From NCBI GenBank assembly GCA_050287845.1, contig JBNKCR010000018.1, forward strand, positions 1-64,000: a stretch of DNA of 64,000 bases, read 5' to 3'. A program made the translations under genes and the position numbers. This document shows, one piece after another, positions 27,846-38,108 of the stretch. This DNA is from Polyangia bacterium (GTDB taxonomy: Bacteria; Myxococcota_A; Polyangia; JAAYKL01). The notes beneath the pieces are model-generated. The model ran no database searches. It was not told the DNA's origin and saw nothing but the letters and a program-made list of their open reading frames with translations. Within the stretch, counting starts at the first letter, position 1. Each line of letters starts with the position of its first letter.

Positions 27846-29767
27846 AATCCGCCGCTGAGGATGGGGAAGCGGCACCAGGTTTTGGGATCGAGGTTTTCGT
27901 CATCCAGATGAAAGGAGGGCGCGTATCGCTCGCGTTTCCATTGATTCCGGGCCCACAGGGTGAAAAATCGAATAATCCAGTTTTTCAGCACATCGGTGGG
28001 GGCATCCAGTTCAATCTGTAGCAGTTGGAAGATTTGAACCGGGCTCTTTCGGTCGCGAATGGCCAGCTTTTCAATGGACTCCAGTACGGTATAGGGCATC
28101 AAATCAGTTTCATCCGTCTGGGAGCGTTCCAGGGGACGGAGCTCCGCAGTGGGATTCTGTGCGGTAATAACGCTCAGGAACGGCAGGGGGGGCAATCCAC
28201 AGACCCCTTTCAGTTCCACCTCGGACAGCCACTGGAGCAGATATGCCTTGTCGATACCGGCAATGGGGCTCAATCCACCACTGGTATCTCCATCCATGGT
28301 TGCATATCCCACTGCTGCTTCGGAGCGGTTACTGGTGGAAACCAGCAGGGCACCCCGGATATTGGCCAGCATCCACACCCCCGGTGCGCGCACCCGGGCC
28401 TGAATGTTCTGAAGCGCAAGGTCATCCTGTTCCCAGGAGAGCGGTCGGTTCAGGGCATGGCATAGCATATCGGTGTACGACGATACTAGACCATCCACAT
28501 CCCATTGCATGAACCGCGCGCCGATGGACTGGGCCACCGTCCGTGCCGCAGCGAGGGTAATTTCTGAGCTGTTGCGGGTCCCCTGGTACACACAGGAGAG
28601 CAGCTCGTTGACTATCGCCGACGCAGTATCCGCTGCCCCGGTCAGAAACGATGCCCTGGCGCGAATTCCTTCAGGGCCAATCTCTTTGAGTGCCAACTCC
28701 ACCATGATTCTTACGAGGACGGCCACTGCCCCGGAATCTGCCCCGCCGCTTAAGGACAGGACAAACCCTTTTGAATGGCTTTTGGTCATGTAATCCCACA
28801 GACCAAGACTGACCGCGCGAGCGAACTCATCGGACTTTACGGACGCCATCTCCCGGATGGGCTTCTGGGGCAACGGTGTACGTGGCGCTTCAAAATGGGG
28901 CGCATCACACACCACCTCCGGGGTTCGCTCACCGGACGAGCCGGACGATCGTTGGGTTTTCTGCATGCGAGTGAATTCAATATCAACATCGTGGACCAGC
29001 AGGTCAACGTCCCGGAATGTGAAACGCGGCCCGCTGGCCACCATTTTGCCGGCGGACGCGATGAGTGCACCGCCATCATACACGATTCGGCCAGCTTCGT
29101 TACCCACCATGTTGGTGTAGATATATGTGGCGGCGAAGGCCCTGGACCCTTCACGAACAAAGGACTGACGGGTTTCGTACTTGCCGAAACTGAAATGACT
29201 GGCACTGGGATTGAGGATAATATCCACACCGCGTCTGGCCAGCCGGATACCGGGACGTTCGGCGACCCAGGCGTCTTCGCAGATTTCGAACCCGATGCGA
29301 ACATTATTGATATTAAAGAACAAATCGCCAAAAGGAACCGGATTTCCATCTATGCGCAGCTCACCCCGCCGTCCGGCCTTCCATGGTTTGAACCAGCGTG
29401 GTTCATAGTGAATGCCATCGCCGGCCAGAAATTGCTTGGCCACTATCCCGCGAATCTGCCCGGTACTGATTAGTGCGGCAGCGTTATACAGCGCGCTTTC
29501 AAAGAATATCGGAAGCCCCACTGCCACAGTGATATCGGTGCAGTCCGCAGTACACGCCAACAGGGTGGAGAGTGCGGTGTCCTGCACGAAGGGTGAGAGA
29601 AAGGCATCTTCGCAGCCATATCCGGTGATAGCCATTTCAGGCAGGCACAGGAGGGAGACCCGTTGTTCTTTTGCCAGCTGAATTGCCTTGCGGATGTTGT
29701 TGAGGTTCCGGCCCCAGTGGAGCGGTGTCTGGTTCAGGGTTGCGGCAGCGACGCGTAATGCCTTCAT
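27812..29767 (-). CDS. nadE: Glutamine-dependent NAD+ synthetase
   Basis: Nitrilase domain (PEM.ITGY, EICED.W, SASH) plus LSGGADS, QNIQARVR, GYATMDGD, PTAEL, NQWKR. Confidence 0.96.
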   Translation of the reverse strand: MKALRVAAATLNQTPLHWGRNLNNIRKAIQLAKEQRVSLLCLPEMAITGYGCEDAFLSPFVQDTALSTLLACTADCTDITVAVGLPIFFESALYNAAALISTGQIRGIVAKQFLAGDGIHYEPRWFKPWKAGRRGELRIDGNPVPFGDLFFNINNVRIGFEICEDAWVAERPGIRLARRGVDIILNPSASHFSFGKYETRQSFVREGSRAFAATYIYTNMVGNEAGRIVYDGGALIASAGKMVASGPRFTFRDVDLLVHDVDIEFTRMQKTQRSSGSSGERTPEVVCDAPHFEAPRTPLPQKPIREMASVKSDEFARAVSLGLWDYMTKSHSKGFVLSLSGGADSGAVAVLVRIMVELALKEIGPEGIRARASFLTGAADTASAIVNELLSCVYQGTRNSSEITLAAARTVAQSIGARFMQWDVDGLVSSYTDMLCHALNRPLSWEQDDLALQNIQARVRAPGVWMLANIRGALLVSTSNRSEAAVGYATMDGDTSGGLSPIAGIDKAYLLQWLSEVELKGVCGLPPLPFLSVITAQNPTAELRPLERSQTDETDLMPYTVLESIEKLAIRDRKSPVQIFQLLQIELDAPTDVLKNWIIRFFTLWARNQWKRERYAPSFHLDDENLDPKTWCRFPILSGGFQKELDDLRKL

Positions 29768-29867
29768 ATCTCACCCAAGTGCGCCGGAATATATTCCGGT
29801 CTGCTGATTTCATGGTTTTTCCAGACATGATTTGCATTATTATGAAACGGTGTAAAGGAAGAAAAGA

Positions 29868-30803
29868 ATGCAGGCTACCGGTTTCAATTTCAATTCGCTG
29901 TTCCTCATCAACGTGCTTTTGGGGGCCATTTCCCTGGTGGCGTTCGGCTGCGGAGACAGGGCTGCAACTGAATTGAATCCCGCTAGTGATTTCGACAACA
30001 ACGGAACAGTCGCCGTATCGTCTGCGATGGTTCCCGCTGCGGAGAGCGACCTCAGAAGAGGGGGACAGAATTCCGGGCGCGCCGTTGTGGAAATTTCAGA
30101 TTCAAACCCCCTGTATCCGCTGACAGAAAGCCCCGAGCGACTGAAAGTCCCCGGTTTCAACCATGCCGTGTTTGTCTCTCCATCGGCGCAATCCAACACT
30201 GCCAGACCGGTAGTGATCGTGCTGCATGGCAATTTCGACCGACCGGAGTGGCAATGCGATATGTGGCAGTCGGTTGCATCCTGGTATGGCTGGATCCTGT
30301 GTCCGCGAGGCGTGAGAACCCCGTGGGCAACAGAGGCGGAAGATCGGTGGACGTATCGAGGTGGTGCGAAAACAGTAAGTAGCGAAATGATGGCAGCGCT
30401 GGCGGCTCTGGAATCCAGATTCCCCGGGGCAGTGACCCGGGAAGGCGCGGTTCTGGTTGGATTTTCCCTCGGGGCCATATTGATCCCGGAACTGATTCAA
30501 TTGCATCCGGACTGGTTTGATACGGTATTTTTAATAGAAGGTGGACTGAAACAACTTGATAGACACTTGCTGAGTATGAAACAAAGAGGAGTTGAACGGA
30601 TTGGTCTGGCAATGAGCACTGCTGGCAACAGGCAAAAAACATCAGGAATTCAAGTGAAAATTAAGCGAAAAGGCCTTGTTTCCGTCTATGTTGATATGCG
30701 CGGCGCCGGTCACAATTATCGGCAGGATTTCCGTTCAACCGGCCAAAAGGCGTTGCGATATTTACTCGGGGACACTAACGATCTGACAGTGAGCAACAGA
30801 TGA
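29868..30803 (+). CDS. Alpha/beta-hydrolase-fold lipoprotein
   Basis: Lipobox AFGC, VVIVLHG, GFSLGA nucleophile elbow, GAGH candidate catalytic His. Confidence 0.7.
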   Translation: MQATGFNFNSLFLINVLLGAISLVAFGCGDRAATELNPASDFDNNGTVAVSSAMVPAAESDLRRGGQNSGRAVVEISDSNPLYPLTESPERLKVPGFNHAVFVSPSAQSNTARPVVIVLHGNFDRPEWQCDMWQSVASWYGWILCPRGVRTPWATEAEDRWTYRGGAKTVSSEMMAALAALESRFPGAVTREGAVLVGFSLGAILIPELIQLHPDWFDTVFLIEGGLKQLDRHLLSMKQRGVERIGLAMSTAGNRQKTSGIQVKIKRKGLVSVYVDMRGAGHNYRQDFRSTGQKALRYLLGDTNDLTVSNR

Positions 30804-31627
30804 ACTCAAAATCGGTTTTCCATCCGTTCCGGCTAATTTCCTGTGCGATACTCATACTGTGCGCAGCAGGATGCGCAAAACACTCGGATTCCTCGGATTC
30901 GGGGGCACGCTTTCATTTGAAGATTCAGGACTGGAACGACGACAGCGGTCAATTTTCGGCGTCTGATCTGGCTGTCCGGTTGGCGCCGATAATTCAGAAA
31001 TTACCTGGACTGACAACCAAAGACACGCCCATGCTGTTTGTTCGCGGCAATATACATACCGATGAGACGGGAAGCGTGATGGTGCTCGAGGGGCGGTATC
31101 TCTTCAGAGTTTCCAATGCGTCTGCACATTTACCCGTGAAAGTGGTTGTCATGGGCAGTATCGAAGGAACTACCGTAGCCCGACGGGAAAGTCTGGTGAA
31201 AGGTGTTCTTAAAGATCTGAAACAGGCGATCAGCGCGAATATCCGCATCTGCAATGGTTCAAAAAAAACGTGGATTGCCGCATTGAAGTCGCCGGAACCG
31301 GATGAGCAGATTCTTGCGCTTTCCATTCTCAGAGATCAGAAAGTTGCCGCCGCTGCCCCCGGTGTGATTGGCTTATTGGATGACCCCAGAACGGAAGTCG
31401 GACAGGCAGCTGCCGAAACCGCTGCCGTACTGGCCAGCCCCGAGCACGTGAGTCGCATCATTCGCATCGCGCAGAACGGTGGTCTTGAAGTGGAGGCAAG
31501 GTGTATTCAGGTGCTTTCCAGCATTGGCGGTCCGGATGCCATTGCGTGGCTTGAAATGCTTGCGCTTGGTCATCAGAATTCCCAACTGAGGGAGCTCAGC
31601 TTTAATGCATTAAAAAGATTGAAATAA
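30800..31627 (+). CDS. HEAT-repeat lipoprotein
   Basis: Lipobox AAGC; C-terminal HEAT-like repeats (LLDDPRTEV...AAETA; LSSIGGPDA...L); ATGA overlap with the previous gene. Confidence 0.7.
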   Translation: MNSKSVFHPFRLISCAILILCAAGCAKHSDSSDSGARFHLKIQDWNDDSGQFSASDLAVRLAPIIQKLPGLTTKDTPMLFVRGNIHTDETGSVMVLEGRYLFRVSNASAHLPVKVVVMGSIEGTTVARRESLVKGVLKDLKQAISANIRICNGSKKTWIAALKSPEPDEQILALSILRDQKVAAAAPGVIGLLDDPRTEVGQAAAETAAVLASPEHVSRIIRIAQNGGLEVEARCIQVLSSIGGPDAIAWLEMLALGHQNSQLRELSFNALKRLK

Positions 31628-31751
31628 TCGATACGCCATTTTATAAACGATGACCCGTTGGCCACAAGGGAATGGATGCAGTAAAAGGTAGCATTGGTAC
31701 TGCTTTTACCAACGGGAAGAATAGAAAATAGAATATTATTGGAGTACATGG

Positions 31752-32786
31752 ATGCAACGGGTCGCTTTGGATTGGAAGAATTTGGGATTTACTTATCGGA
31801 AGACCGATTACAACATACGGTATACATGGAAAGATGGCGTCTGGGGTGAGGGCGTACTCAGTTCTGATGAGTATATTCCAATGCACATGGCAGCGACTTG
31901 TCTTCACTATGGTCAGGAAGCCTTCGAAGGTCTGAAGGTTTACGAACAGCAGAACGGAGATGTAGTTGTCTTTCGCGATGTGGAAAACGCACTGCGCCTC
32001 AATCGTTCCTGTAAAAAAATCTTCATGCCGGAAGTTCCCGAAAAAATGTTTCAGGATGCCATCGATAGAGTTGTTCACGCCAACCGTCATTTTGTACCTC
32101 CGTTTGGCACCGGAGCAACCCTGTATGTGCGTCCGCTAATCATTGGTACCGGCGCGCGAATCGGCGTACGCCCTGCCGATGAGTACATGTTTATCGTGAT
32201 GGTGACACCGGTGGGTCCATATTTCAAAGAAGGGTTCAAGCCGGTCACACTGGTTGTGGAAGAAGAGTTTGACCGAGCTGCGCCCAATGGGGTTGGGGAC
32301 GTGAAAGTGGGCGGAAATTACGCTGCTGGACTGCGCGCAAGCTTTAAAGCCAAAATGGCAGGATATACCGAAGCCCTCTATCTCGACGCCCGGGAAAAGA
32401 AGTATCTGGATGAATCCGGTCCTGCGAATTTCTTCGGTGTAACGCGGAATGGTCAATATGTAACACCGGCCAGCAACTCGGTATTGCCATCGATTACCAA
32501 CATGTCACTGATTCAGATTGCAGAAGATATGGGAATGCGACCCCAGCGACGCTCCATTGCCGTGGATGAGATATTTGATTTTGTGGATGCCGGATGTTGC
32601 GGTACTGCGGCAGTGATTACGCCGGTCAAATCGATTACCTGGCGGGATAGAAAAGTGGAATACTGTCTGGACGACAAGCCCGGAGACTATTGCACCCGGT
32701 TATACAACCGGCTCGTCAACATTCAGTTGGGTCTGGAAGCCGACAAGTATGGCTGGATTCGAAAATTGCCTCTGTTCGAGGGATAA
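31752..32786 (+). CDS. ilvE: Branched-chain amino acid aminotransferase
   Basis: LHYGQEAFEGLK, LYVRP, PVGPYF, KVGGNY (PLP Lys), E...ANFF, LPSIT, GTAAVITP. Confidence 0.96.
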   Translation: MQRVALDWKNLGFTYRKTDYNIRYTWKDGVWGEGVLSSDEYIPMHMAATCLHYGQEAFEGLKVYEQQNGDVVVFRDVENALRLNRSCKKIFMPEVPEKMFQDAIDRVVHANRHFVPPFGTGATLYVRPLIIGTGARIGVRPADEYMFIVMVTPVGPYFKEGFKPVTLVVEEEFDRAAPNGVGDVKVGGNYAAGLRASFKAKMAGYTEALYLDAREKKYLDESGPANFFGVTRNGQYVTPASNSVLPSITNMSLIQIAEDMGMRPQRRSIAVDEIFDFVDAGCCGTAAVITPVKSITWRDRKVEYCLDDKPGDYCTRLYNRLVNIQLGLEADKYGWIRKLPLFEG

Positions 32787-32889
32787 GCCCAGGCACTGTT
32801 CTGTTGGCGAAGAGGCGAGCTCACGGAGACCCTTTGAACGAGTGGGATAACGGGGCTTGTATAACAACTGAGAATTGCCGAGTTGTGAC

Positions 32890-33291
32890 TTATTTCTTTG
32901 CGGGCATTTTCAGAATTTCAACTTCAACTCTGACAATTCCCTGACGAATCATATCCAGACGGTTGGCGGCTGCCCGTGACAAATCAATGATTCGTTTTCG
33001 ATCGCCGAACGGCCCGCGATCATTGATTTTTACAATGACTGTTTTCATATTCGCCAGATTGGTGACCTTGACCTTTGTACCAAATGGCAATGACTTGTGA
33101 GCGGCCGTCAATTTGTTCCGGTCATATACCTCACCGCTGGCGGTCTTTCGGCCATGCAATTTGTCGGAGTAGTAAGACGCAATTCCAGTGAGACGGCTCC
33201 CCGGATGCATCCTGCCGGCACAGGCGGGAACGGTGAAGAATTGCAATGCGACTACCACATAGAGCAGCGTTCTGGTGCACGCCGGAGTCAT
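32890..33291 (-). CDS. rlpA: Septal ring lytic transglycosylase RlpA family (DPBB domain only)
   Basis: GIASYY...[32 protein letters not shown]. Confidence 0.92.
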   Translation of the reverse strand: MTPACTRTLLYVVVALQFFTVPACAGRMHPGSRLTGIASYYSDKLHGRKTASGEVYDRNKLTAAHKSLPFGTKVKVTNLANMKTVIVKINDRGPFGDRKRIIDLSRAAANRLDMIRQGIVRVEVEILKMPAKK

Positions 33292-33357
33292 GTTTCACTT
33301 ATATCACAACACCGGATGTCTGAAACGATAAAGGAAGCGAAAAAGCAATCCGGGATT

Positions 33358-34233
33358 TCAGGGAATAATTTTATTGATGGGATATTCGATAATGCCTTCA
33401 GCGCCCGCTTCTTTCAGTTTGGGCAGCAGTGTTCGCACGATGGATTCTTCGACAATAATTTCAATCGCACGCCAACTTTCATCGCTGAGATACGAAACGG
33501 TGGGGTTATGCAGTGAGGGCAGTAGCGCGATGATGGTATCCAACGTGTCCACGGAGCAATTCAATTTCAAACCAACAAAATTTCGCGCCCGGATGGCGGC
33601 TTCGAGCATAAGAGCGATTCTCGATATTTTGTTTCTCTTCCACGCATCTTTCATGGCGTCGCGATTGGCAATCAGTCGCGTGGTTGAAATTTGGATATCG
33701 TCAATGATTTTGAGGTTATTGGCGCGCAAGGACGATCCGGTTTCGGTAATTTCCACAATGGCGTCGGCCAGCTTTGGGGGCTTGACCTCAGTGGCGCCCC
33801 ATGAGAATTCAACCTTTGCGCTGACACCGTGTTTTTTCAGATATTCTCTGGTAAGATTCACTACTTCAGTGGCGATGGTCTTTCCTTCGAGATCTTTTGG
33901 GCCTTTTATATCAGAATCATTGGGGACGGCCAAAACCCATCGGACATTGCCGTAACTGGCTTTGGCGTATTCCAGCTCAGCGACCTGTTCAACATCTGAA
34001 CCGTTTTCAACGATCCAGTCCAATCCGGTCAGTCCAATATCCAGAATCCCGTTCTCAACATATCGGGACATTTCCTGGGCACGAATCAGCATGCATTCGA
34101 TTTCAACATCATCAATGGATGGATAATAACTTCTGGAACGAAAAGTAATATTGTAACCCGCTTTGGCGAACAATGCGGCGGTGCTTTCCTGCAAACTGCC
34201 TTTGGGAATTCCAAGTTTCAATTTCTGGCTCAT
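33358..34233 (-). CDS. hisG: ATP phosphoribosyltransferase (long form)
   Basis: [38 protein letters not shown]-terminal regulatory domain. Confidence 0.96.
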   Translation of the reverse strand: MSQKLKLGIPKGSLQESTAALFAKAGYNITFRSRSYYPSIDDVEIECMLIRAQEMSRYVENGILDIGLTGLDWIVENGSDVEQVAELEYAKASYGNVRWVLAVPNDSDIKGPKDLEGKTIATEVVNLTREYLKKHGVSAKVEFSWGATEVKPPKLADAIVEITETGSSLRANNLKIIDDIQISTTRLIANRDAMKDAWKRNKISRIALMLEAAIRARNFVGLKLNCSVDTLDTIIALLPSLHNPTVSYLSDESWRAIEIIVEESIVRTLLPKLKEAGAEGIIEYPINKIIP

Positions 34234-34245
34234 AGCGACTCTCCC

Positions 34246-34626
34246 TTATTTTTTATATACCTGGCTCGGATCGAATACGATTTCCTCAACGATATTCAGC
34301 TCACCATCATCATCCAGCCGGCGATAAAAACATGAATTATATCCCTTGTGACAAGCCGCGTTGCCGATTTGATTCACTTTCACCAGAACGGTGTCTTCAT
34401 CACAATCCACGTAAATCTCTTTTACTTCCTGAATATTTCCCGAACTCTCTCCTTTGACCCACAACTGATCACGGGATCGAGAATAAAAGGTGGCTTTCTT
34501 TGTTTTCACGGTATGCGCAAACGCTTCTTCGTTCATAAAGGCAACCATCAGAACTTTACCGGTTTCGTAGTCCTGAACAATTGCGGGCAATAGGCCGTTT
34601 CCAAGTTTGTCAAAGTTTAATTTCAT
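34246..34626 (-). CDS. hisI: Phosphoribosyl-AMP cyclohydrolase
   Basis: GLLPAIVQD, YSRSR..LW.KGESSG, DCDED, ACHKG..SCF. Confidence 0.96.
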   Translation of the reverse strand: MKLNFDKLGNGLLPAIVQDYETGKVLMVAFMNEEAFAHTVKTKKATFYSRSRDQLWVKGESSGNIQEVKEIYVDCDEDTVLVKVNQIGNAACHKGYNSCFYRRLDDDGELNIVEEIVFDPSQVYKK

Positions 34627-34792
34627 TTTGAATAGCTCCATCAGTGGCTGGAATTATCGGGTGTTTGCGACCAGAGACAGGCGGATAATAGAGAATATTT
34701 TTTGTTTTGCAACGCCAGATTGTGTTTTTGGAAGAAAAAAGATGAATGAAAAAGATTCAGCGGGAAGAATCAGATGCGATTTCTGAATCGAA

Positions 34793-35680
34793 TTATTCAG
34801 CCGAGTTTTCTGCTGGTTTCGCTGCTGCTGCCGGCTTGGCTACCGCTGCTGGTTTAGCCGGTTTGGCCGCAGGCTTGGCCGCTTTAGCCGGTTTAGCCGC
34901 AGGCTTGGCCGCTGCTGCGTCCTGATTTTCTTCGTTGACGATTTCGAGCAGTTCGATTTCGAAAATAAGTGCGCTATTCGGACCAATTTTCGATCCAGCG
35001 CCGCGCTCCCCATAACCCAGATCCGGTGGAATAAACAGCGTCCATTTTGAACCGACTGGCATCAGTTGAAGCGCTTCGGTCCATCCTTTCACCACACGGC
35101 CAACGGGGAAAGTTGCCGGACGGTTGCGTTTGTAGGAGCTGTCAAACTCTGAACCGTCAATCAGCGTCCCTTTGTAGTGAACAGATACGCGATCTTCCGC
35201 AGTGGGTTTGGGACCATCGCCTTCTTTTTCGATTTTATACTGAAGTCCGGATTCCGTTGTAACAACGCCTTCCTTCTTTTTATTTTCTTCAAGGAATTCA
35301 TCGGCCTTCTTTTTATTTTCAGCGGCAGAAGCTTCACGCTCTTTGCGTTCTTCCTCTCGTCTGATTTTTGAATGCTCGCGTTTCACTTCGATGCGCGCTT
35401 TATCATCCAGAAGCCCCGCCTCGGGGTCGTCCTTGTCGGCCATACCATCAACAACGCCTTTCAGAAAGACGTCGTTTTTCAGTTCCATTCGATTGCGGGA
35501 CGCGGAACGTCCCACATCATATCCGACCGCATAGTTCAATTTGTCGTTCAGGTCCTTCAGATCCTTTTTCGTGACTTCAGCTTTCTTGGGCGCCTCCGGT
35601 TCTTTACATTCGGGGCAGGGCTTATTATTGCATGCAACAAACAGCAGAGTTACGGCACAGGTTGCAATCACTTTGTACAT
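34793..35680 (-). CDS. FKBP-type peptidyl-prolyl cis-trans isomerase (FkpA/Mip-like lipoprotein) with Lys/Pro/Ala tail
   Basis: Lipobox FVAC, NYAVG dimerisation domain, TESGLQY, VHYKG.L.DG.EFDSS, GWTEAL, IPP.LGYG, LIFEIEL. Confidence 0.93.
   Translation of the reverse strand: MYKVIATCAVTLLFVACNNKPCPECKEPEAPKKAEVTKKDLKDLNDKLNYAVGYDVGRSASRNRMELKNDVFLKGVVDGMADKDDPEAGLLDDKARIEVKREHSKIRREEERKEREASAAENKKKADEFLEENKKKEGVVTTESGLQYKIEKEGDGPKPTAEDRVSVHYKGTLIDGSEFDSSYKRNRPATFPVGRVVKGWTEALQLMPVGSKWTLFIPPDLGYGERGAGSKIGPNSALIFEIELLEIVNEENQDAAAAKPAAKPAKAAKPAAKPAKPAAVAKPAAAAKPAENSAE
34853..34912. repeat. 30-bp tandem duplication inside the KPAA tail
   Basis: tttagccggttt(g/a)gccgcaggcttggccgc twice, one mismatch. 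Confidence 0.9.
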
Positions 35681-35883
35681 GGCTTTCTCCTTTTCATTAT
35701 TGAATCTAATCAAATAACGTATGTCTCACCGGGGACCATATTGCGGTGTTTCTGATTTTCATCGCAGAATTCCGTATTCTTCGTTCAATCAGACATCCAC
35801 CGATGTGGTCCAGTGAACGGGATATTTTCAGTTCGATCGCATTCCGTCAATCCCGAAAACTGTTTTTTTTAATGACAGTAAGA

Positions 35884-37983
35884 TTATTTACGAAATATCA
35901 CTCGCTGCATTTTCTTGCGAACACCGAGATATTTCTGCACAAGAGTCCTATATTCCGTAGAAATCTTTCCTGTCGGATTGTAAATATTATTCATTTCTCT
36001 TCGATCCTTTTTCAGATTGAAAAGTTCATAGTATTTTGATGCGAAATCATAGTGAATGCGCAAATCACCTTTTTGCAATGCCACCTCTGACCGTTTCACA
36101 CCAAGCAGTTCAACAATAACCGCGTTATCCGTATTCTTCATCATCGGACCGAAATCATTTCTGATCCGGTTGGCAGCAGCTGCGAACAGCGGTTTGGGAC
36201 CTTTGAGGAATAGCCATGGGAACAGATACATGGTCGACGTGGGTTCGGAAATGATGTGTCCATTGACACCGGGAATACGGATGATCAGGGCGACATTTGA
36301 TCCTTCCACGTAGATGCAGTTGTGTCCATCCCGACCGTGTTCTTTGAATTCTTCCCCATGGTCACCCATGACGATGACAATTGTTGATTTGTCCAGCTGT
36401 TGTTTCTTCAGATGTGCAAGTATTCTGGAAAGTTGCTCGTCTGAATAGCGGATTTCCTGCCGAAAGCGCTGTATATCAGTTTCATCGGGCATGTCCTTAT
36501 AATGAGTCAGATAGCTGGCATGCGGCGCACTGAGGAACACCCAACCGAAAAATGGCTTCTTGTCTTCCAGTGAATGGTCAATTTCCTGAATGGCTTTATC
36601 GGCAATAAGGCGATCGCATTTGCTGCTTTTCGTGCTTCGACAAATCAGATGGTTCCGCTCGAATCCCTGTTCGAAACCGTGATTCAGCTTTGAAAATACT
36701 CTGGCAAAATTGTGCGAAACCCGGAATGTCTGATATCCGGCTTTTTGCAGAAGCTCGGCAACGGTGATTTCAGATTCTTCCAAACTTCCAAATGCCGGAT
36801 TCCGGCTCAGTCGAAGTCTGGTGAACGAAGGGTATGTCATGGACATGAGCGATGAAAGGGAAACCATTGTCTTCATTGATGATGAAAATGCGAACTCGAA
36901 CGAGTAGGCCCCGTCTTTTCGCATTTTTTCAAGTGTCGGAGTGTTTCGCCATTTCCTGTTGTACAGCGAGGTCTGATCGTAACGAAGTGATTCCACTGTG
37001 ACCAGTAAGATGTTGTAGTCCTTAAGAGAAAAAGTCGGGGGGAGGGTCGGGAACTGAGTCGCTTTGAGGAAATCATGCTGATGCAGTTTTCCAGCAGCAA
37101 GATTCACCGTTGTATCCGCTTCGGGGGCGACAATATCACGATCGATCATATTGGCCTGTCCCAGAAGGGTATACCGCTCATACAGAGGGGTTGTCGTGGA
37201 AAACTGATTCGCAGATGAAAAGTGCGGAACCAGAAAGAAAACGTGGGCAAAAATGAGTAGCCAGATGCTCTGGAACACACGGAATCCCCGCGACTGAGAT
37301 GTGAGTCGGGAGAGCAACAATCCGAGTCCGAGGGTAAACAGGATGAAGGTGAACGACAGTATACTCAGATGCAGGGTGGGATAGACATCCGGATAGAGAA
37401 TAAAATTGAGATAGTGCAATATAGCGGCCGCTGCGATTACCACAGACGGCGGCAGAAATTTACGCATCATGTGTTGCCGGCGATGCTTCCATGTGTCTGA
37501 GACAGGCGCCAACATCTCGAGATATATCACTGAAAGGAATATTCCCCCCAGAACAAATACGACGGCAAACAGCCAGTATCCCTGAAAGCGTATATAACTC
37601 GTTAAACAGTTATATATCATCAAGGTGATCAGCACACACCATGCGAGGCCAATACATGCAATGACAGGCCGGTGCCCTGGCACCCGTTGATATGCGTAAA
37701 GAGTCAGTGCGATTTGTCCCAGATAAATGATGTCGTATCGCAAGTGATGCAGTGCGCCGTTCAATGACAAGGTGAGCACATGAAACCAGCGACCGGGTTT
37801 CAGCAGCAGCATATCTCCTGGGATATGCAATATTTCCAGCGCAGCCAGCAGTATCAGCGCTATTGAAAACGCAAAGAATATGTGAAGAATGCCCGGTGGG
37901 GAAAGCTGCTCGGGGGGAAAGAAAAACTTTCCTGATAATGTTGAGAGATATCGACGGAAATTGGATTGTGAAAGCATTGACAC
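35884..37983 (-). CDS. Membrane-anchored sulfatase / alkaline-phosphatase-superfamily protein
   Basis: Multi-TM N-terminal half; NILLVTVESLRYD, TP.L, PH..Y, GDHGEEF.EHG. Confidence 0.8.
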   Translation of the reverse strand: MSMLSQSNFRRYLSTLSGKFFFPPEQLSPPGILHIFFAFSIALILLAALEILHIPGDMLLLKPGRWFHVLTLSLNGALHHLRYDIIYLGQIALTLYAYQRVPGHRPVIACIGLAWCVLITLMIYNCLTSYIRFQGYWLFAVVFVLGGIFLSVIYLEMLAPVSDTWKHRRQHMMRKFLPPSVVIAAAAILHYLNFILYPDVYPTLHLSILSFTFILFTLGLGLLLSRLTSQSRGFRVFQSIWLLIFAHVFFLVPHFSSANQFSTTTPLYERYTLLGQANMIDRDIVAPEADTTVNLAAGKLHQHDFLKATQFPTLPPTFSLKDYNILLVTVESLRYDQTSLYNRKWRNTPTLEKMRKDGAYSFEFAFSSSMKTMVSLSSLMSMTYPSFTRLRLSRNPAFGSLEESEITVAELLQKAGYQTFRVSHNFARVFSKLNHGFEQGFERNHLICRSTKSSKCDRLIADKAIQEIDHSLEDKKPFFGWVFLSAPHASYLTHYKDMPDETDIQRFRQEIRYSDEQLSRILAHLKKQQLDKSTIVIVMGDHGEEFKEHGRDGHNCIYVEGSNVALIIRIPGVNGHIISEPTSTMYLFPWLFLKGPKPLFAAAANRIRNDFGPMMKNTDNAVIVELLGVKRSEVALQKGDLRIHYDFASKYYELFNLKKDRREMNNIYNPTGKISTEYRTLVQKYLGVRKKMQRVIFRK

Positions 37984-38108
37984 CGACCCGTGAGCTTTTC
38001 ACCATGGCGAAAAGGGCATTCGTGTTGAAAAACCGGTTATAGAAGCATAGGGCTCAAAATCAAGTGCATTTTGCAATGGTGGGAACAAATGTCGCTGTCT
38101 GAGCACAC

